A stretch of 24,452 nucleotides of DNA, taken from the NCBI GenBank assembly GCA_020060805.1, contig JAGUZM010000005.1:1-24452 (forward strand), read 5' to 3'. This DNA comes from Deltaproteobacteria bacterium. GTDB lineage: Bacteria > Desulfobacterota > DSM-4660 > Desulfatiglandales > HGW-15. Made by a program: the position numbers and the translations under genes. The notes beneath the pieces are model-generated. The model worked only from the letters and a program-made list of their open reading frames with translations. It was not told where the DNA came from and searched no databases. Positions 23,028 to 24,452 of this stretch are shown piece after piece (position 1 is the stretch's first letter; the number at the start of each line of letters is the position of its first letter).

Positions 23028-24452
23028 ATGGATGAGTCCAGTTTTATGGCAATTATAAAAGAAGCGTTGGGTAGCTACCCTTTGAGCCCGGCGATTGCAC
23101 ATGCAATTAGATTTATGTTCATGAATAACTACGAAAGCATGGCAATCATTAATGATCATGGTGAAATCGAGTTCTTGGATCGGCTCTCTGAAAAGGCTTT
23201 CGGGGCTCCGCACGGGACCGCAAGAGGAAGACAGGCCAGAGAGATCATCCCCACTTCTGGACTTCCCGATGTACTTCAAACGGGTAAGCCCCACATAGGC
23301 AAGATTTTTAACGTTAAAGGAAGGCAAAGGATCGTCTCCAGATTCCCCGTATTTTGGGACGGACGGCCGGTTTCCGTTTTTGGCCGTGTCCTCTTGGCTT
23401 CTCTCGAAGAACTCGAAAGGGTACGGCACGAATCACAGAGGCTCAGAAACAAAGTCATCACTGTTCAGGAAAAAATACTCGGTGAACATCAGGCCACTTA
23501 TGTATTCGACAATATCCTCGGCACAAGCGGAAAAATACAGCAAACCAAGTTCCTCGCCATGAAAATGGCTGATAGTGATGCCGACATTCTCATTTATGGA
23601 GAAAGTGGCACGGGAAAAGAGTTGTTCGCTCATGCCATACACAACCAGAGCAGGCGTTCCACAAAGCCCTTTGTGAAAGTCAATTGTCCTGCTATCCCGA
23701 TTGAATTGGCAGAGTCGGAGCTCTTTGGGTATGAGAAAGGCGCCTTTACCGGAGCGAGAAAGGGAGGCAAGCTAGGTAAATTTGAAATAGCTCAAGGGGG
23801 CACAATATTCCTGGACGAAATAGGATCTCTGCCTATATCAATTCAATCTAAACTGCTCCGAGTTATCCAGGAACGAGAAATTGAGAGGCTTGGAAGCCAA
23901 AAGTTGATAAGGCTGAACATACGAGTAATAGCTGCAAGCAACATCGATCTAAGGGCACTTGTCGATCAAGCCAAATTCCGTGACGACCTCCTTTACCGTC
24001 TTTCAAAAGCGGTTTTGAAACTCCCGCCGCTTAGAGAGAGACCTGAGGATATTCCCACTTATATAAGCAACTACATGAAAGTAATTGGGAGAAATAAAGG
24101 GATTTCAAATGAGGTTCTGGTACATCTCATTAAATACTTCTGGCCTGGGAATGTCCGTGAGCTTATAAACACATTGGAACAATCGAATTTCCGAGCATCC
24201 CCAAATGAGGAAATCCGACCAGCCCATCTCCCAGAGGAGGTTAGGGCGGCCGATCGTTCTTCTGTTGAAGATAATTCTTCCCCGGAAGGTTCTCTGAGAT
24301 CAAGGATTGAGGAAACAGAAAAGAAATGTATCGCTAATGCCCTTCGGATAACCAAAAGGAATAAGAGAAAAGCAGCCCAATATCTGGGTATTCAGCGGTC
24401 CCTTCTCTATAATAAAATGAAGAAATACGATCTCGACAAAGACGTTCTATAA
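23028..24452 (+). CDS. Sigma-54-dependent transcriptional activator (PAS-like sensor, AAA+, Fis-type HTH), paralog 2
   Basis: GESGTGKELFAHAIH, ELFGYEKGAFTGA (canonical GAFTGA), GTIFLDEI, and HTH RNKRKAAQYLGIQRSLLYNKM. The ATG at 23028 follows GGAG at 6 nt, whereas the track ORF starts at a TTG at 23010. The stop codon is the last triplet of the window. Confidence 0.9.
   Translation: MDESSFMAIIKEALGSYPLSPAIAHAIRFMFMNNYESMAIINDHGEIEFLDRLSEKAFGAPHGTARGRQAREIIPTSGLPDVLQTGKPHIGKIFNVKGRQRIVSRFPVFWDGRPVSVFGRVLLASLEELERVRHESQRLRNKVITVQEKILGEHQATYVFDNILGTSGKIQQTKFLAMKMADSDADILIYGESGTGKELFAHAIHNQSRRSTKPFVKVNCPAIPIELAESELFGYEKGAFTGARKGGKLGKFEIAQGGTIFLDEIGSLPISIQSKLLRVIQEREIERLGSQKLIRLNIRVIAASNIDLRALVDQAKFRDDLLYRLSKAVLKLPPLRERPEDIPTYISNYMKVIGRNKGISNEVLVHLIKYFWPGNVRELINTLEQSNFRASPNEEIRPAHLPEEVRAADRSSVEDNSSPEGSLRSRIEETEKKCIANALRITKRNKRKAAQYLGIQRSLLYNKMKKYDLDKDVL

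Noticed and set aside
1-24452. A search for defence systems, toxin-antitoxin pairs, CRISPR arrays, integrases or transposases, and tRNA or rRNA genes.
   Set aside because: I found no repeat-spacer periodicity, no recombinase or nuclease motifs, and no tRNA-like cloverleaf or rRNA-like sequence. Apart from the 297-bp non-autonomous repeat block, everything is metabolic, transport or regulatory.

Overview
All product calls come from motif and architecture recognition only; no homology search was possible. The window is a densely coded, anaerobe-style aromatic-acid catabolism and uptake island with no rRNA, tRNA, CRISPR, transposase or phage genes. There are 16 supported CDSs, 13 on the minus strand.

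Two parallel modules appear to be sigma-54 controlled. Module A is one minus-strand operon (7165->44): UbiD-family (de)carboxylase, a coupled 106-aa protein, PaaK-type CoA ligase, NadB/FrdA-like flavoprotein, orphan receiver protein and TRAP DctQ/DctM. It has a divergent PAS-AAA+-HTH sigma-54 activator (7476-8912) and an adjacent TAXI-TRAP operon (11921->8925). Module B is one long minus-strand operon (22691->13534): divergent UbiD-family protein, classical AMP-forming CoA ligase, TAXI binding protein, fused TAXI permease, a paralogous orphan receiver, a short OYE flavoenzyme with a terminal 4Fe-4S motif, and an amidohydrolase_2 protein. It also has a divergent paralogous sigma-54 activator (23028-24452).

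A single ubiX (12883-13470) lies between the modules, behind a 960-bp non-coding hub. Directly visible in the DNA are four -24/-12 sigma-54 promoter-like elements, a recurring composite operator (nnGACATGTCnn-N5-TGGACA) at three intergenic sites, and two tandem MITE-like repeats.

The best reading is a ligase + UbiD/UbiX aryl-CoA decarboxylation system of the phthalate/isophthalate type, duplicated with different enzyme classes. It carries accessory proteins that are not part of the described pathways.
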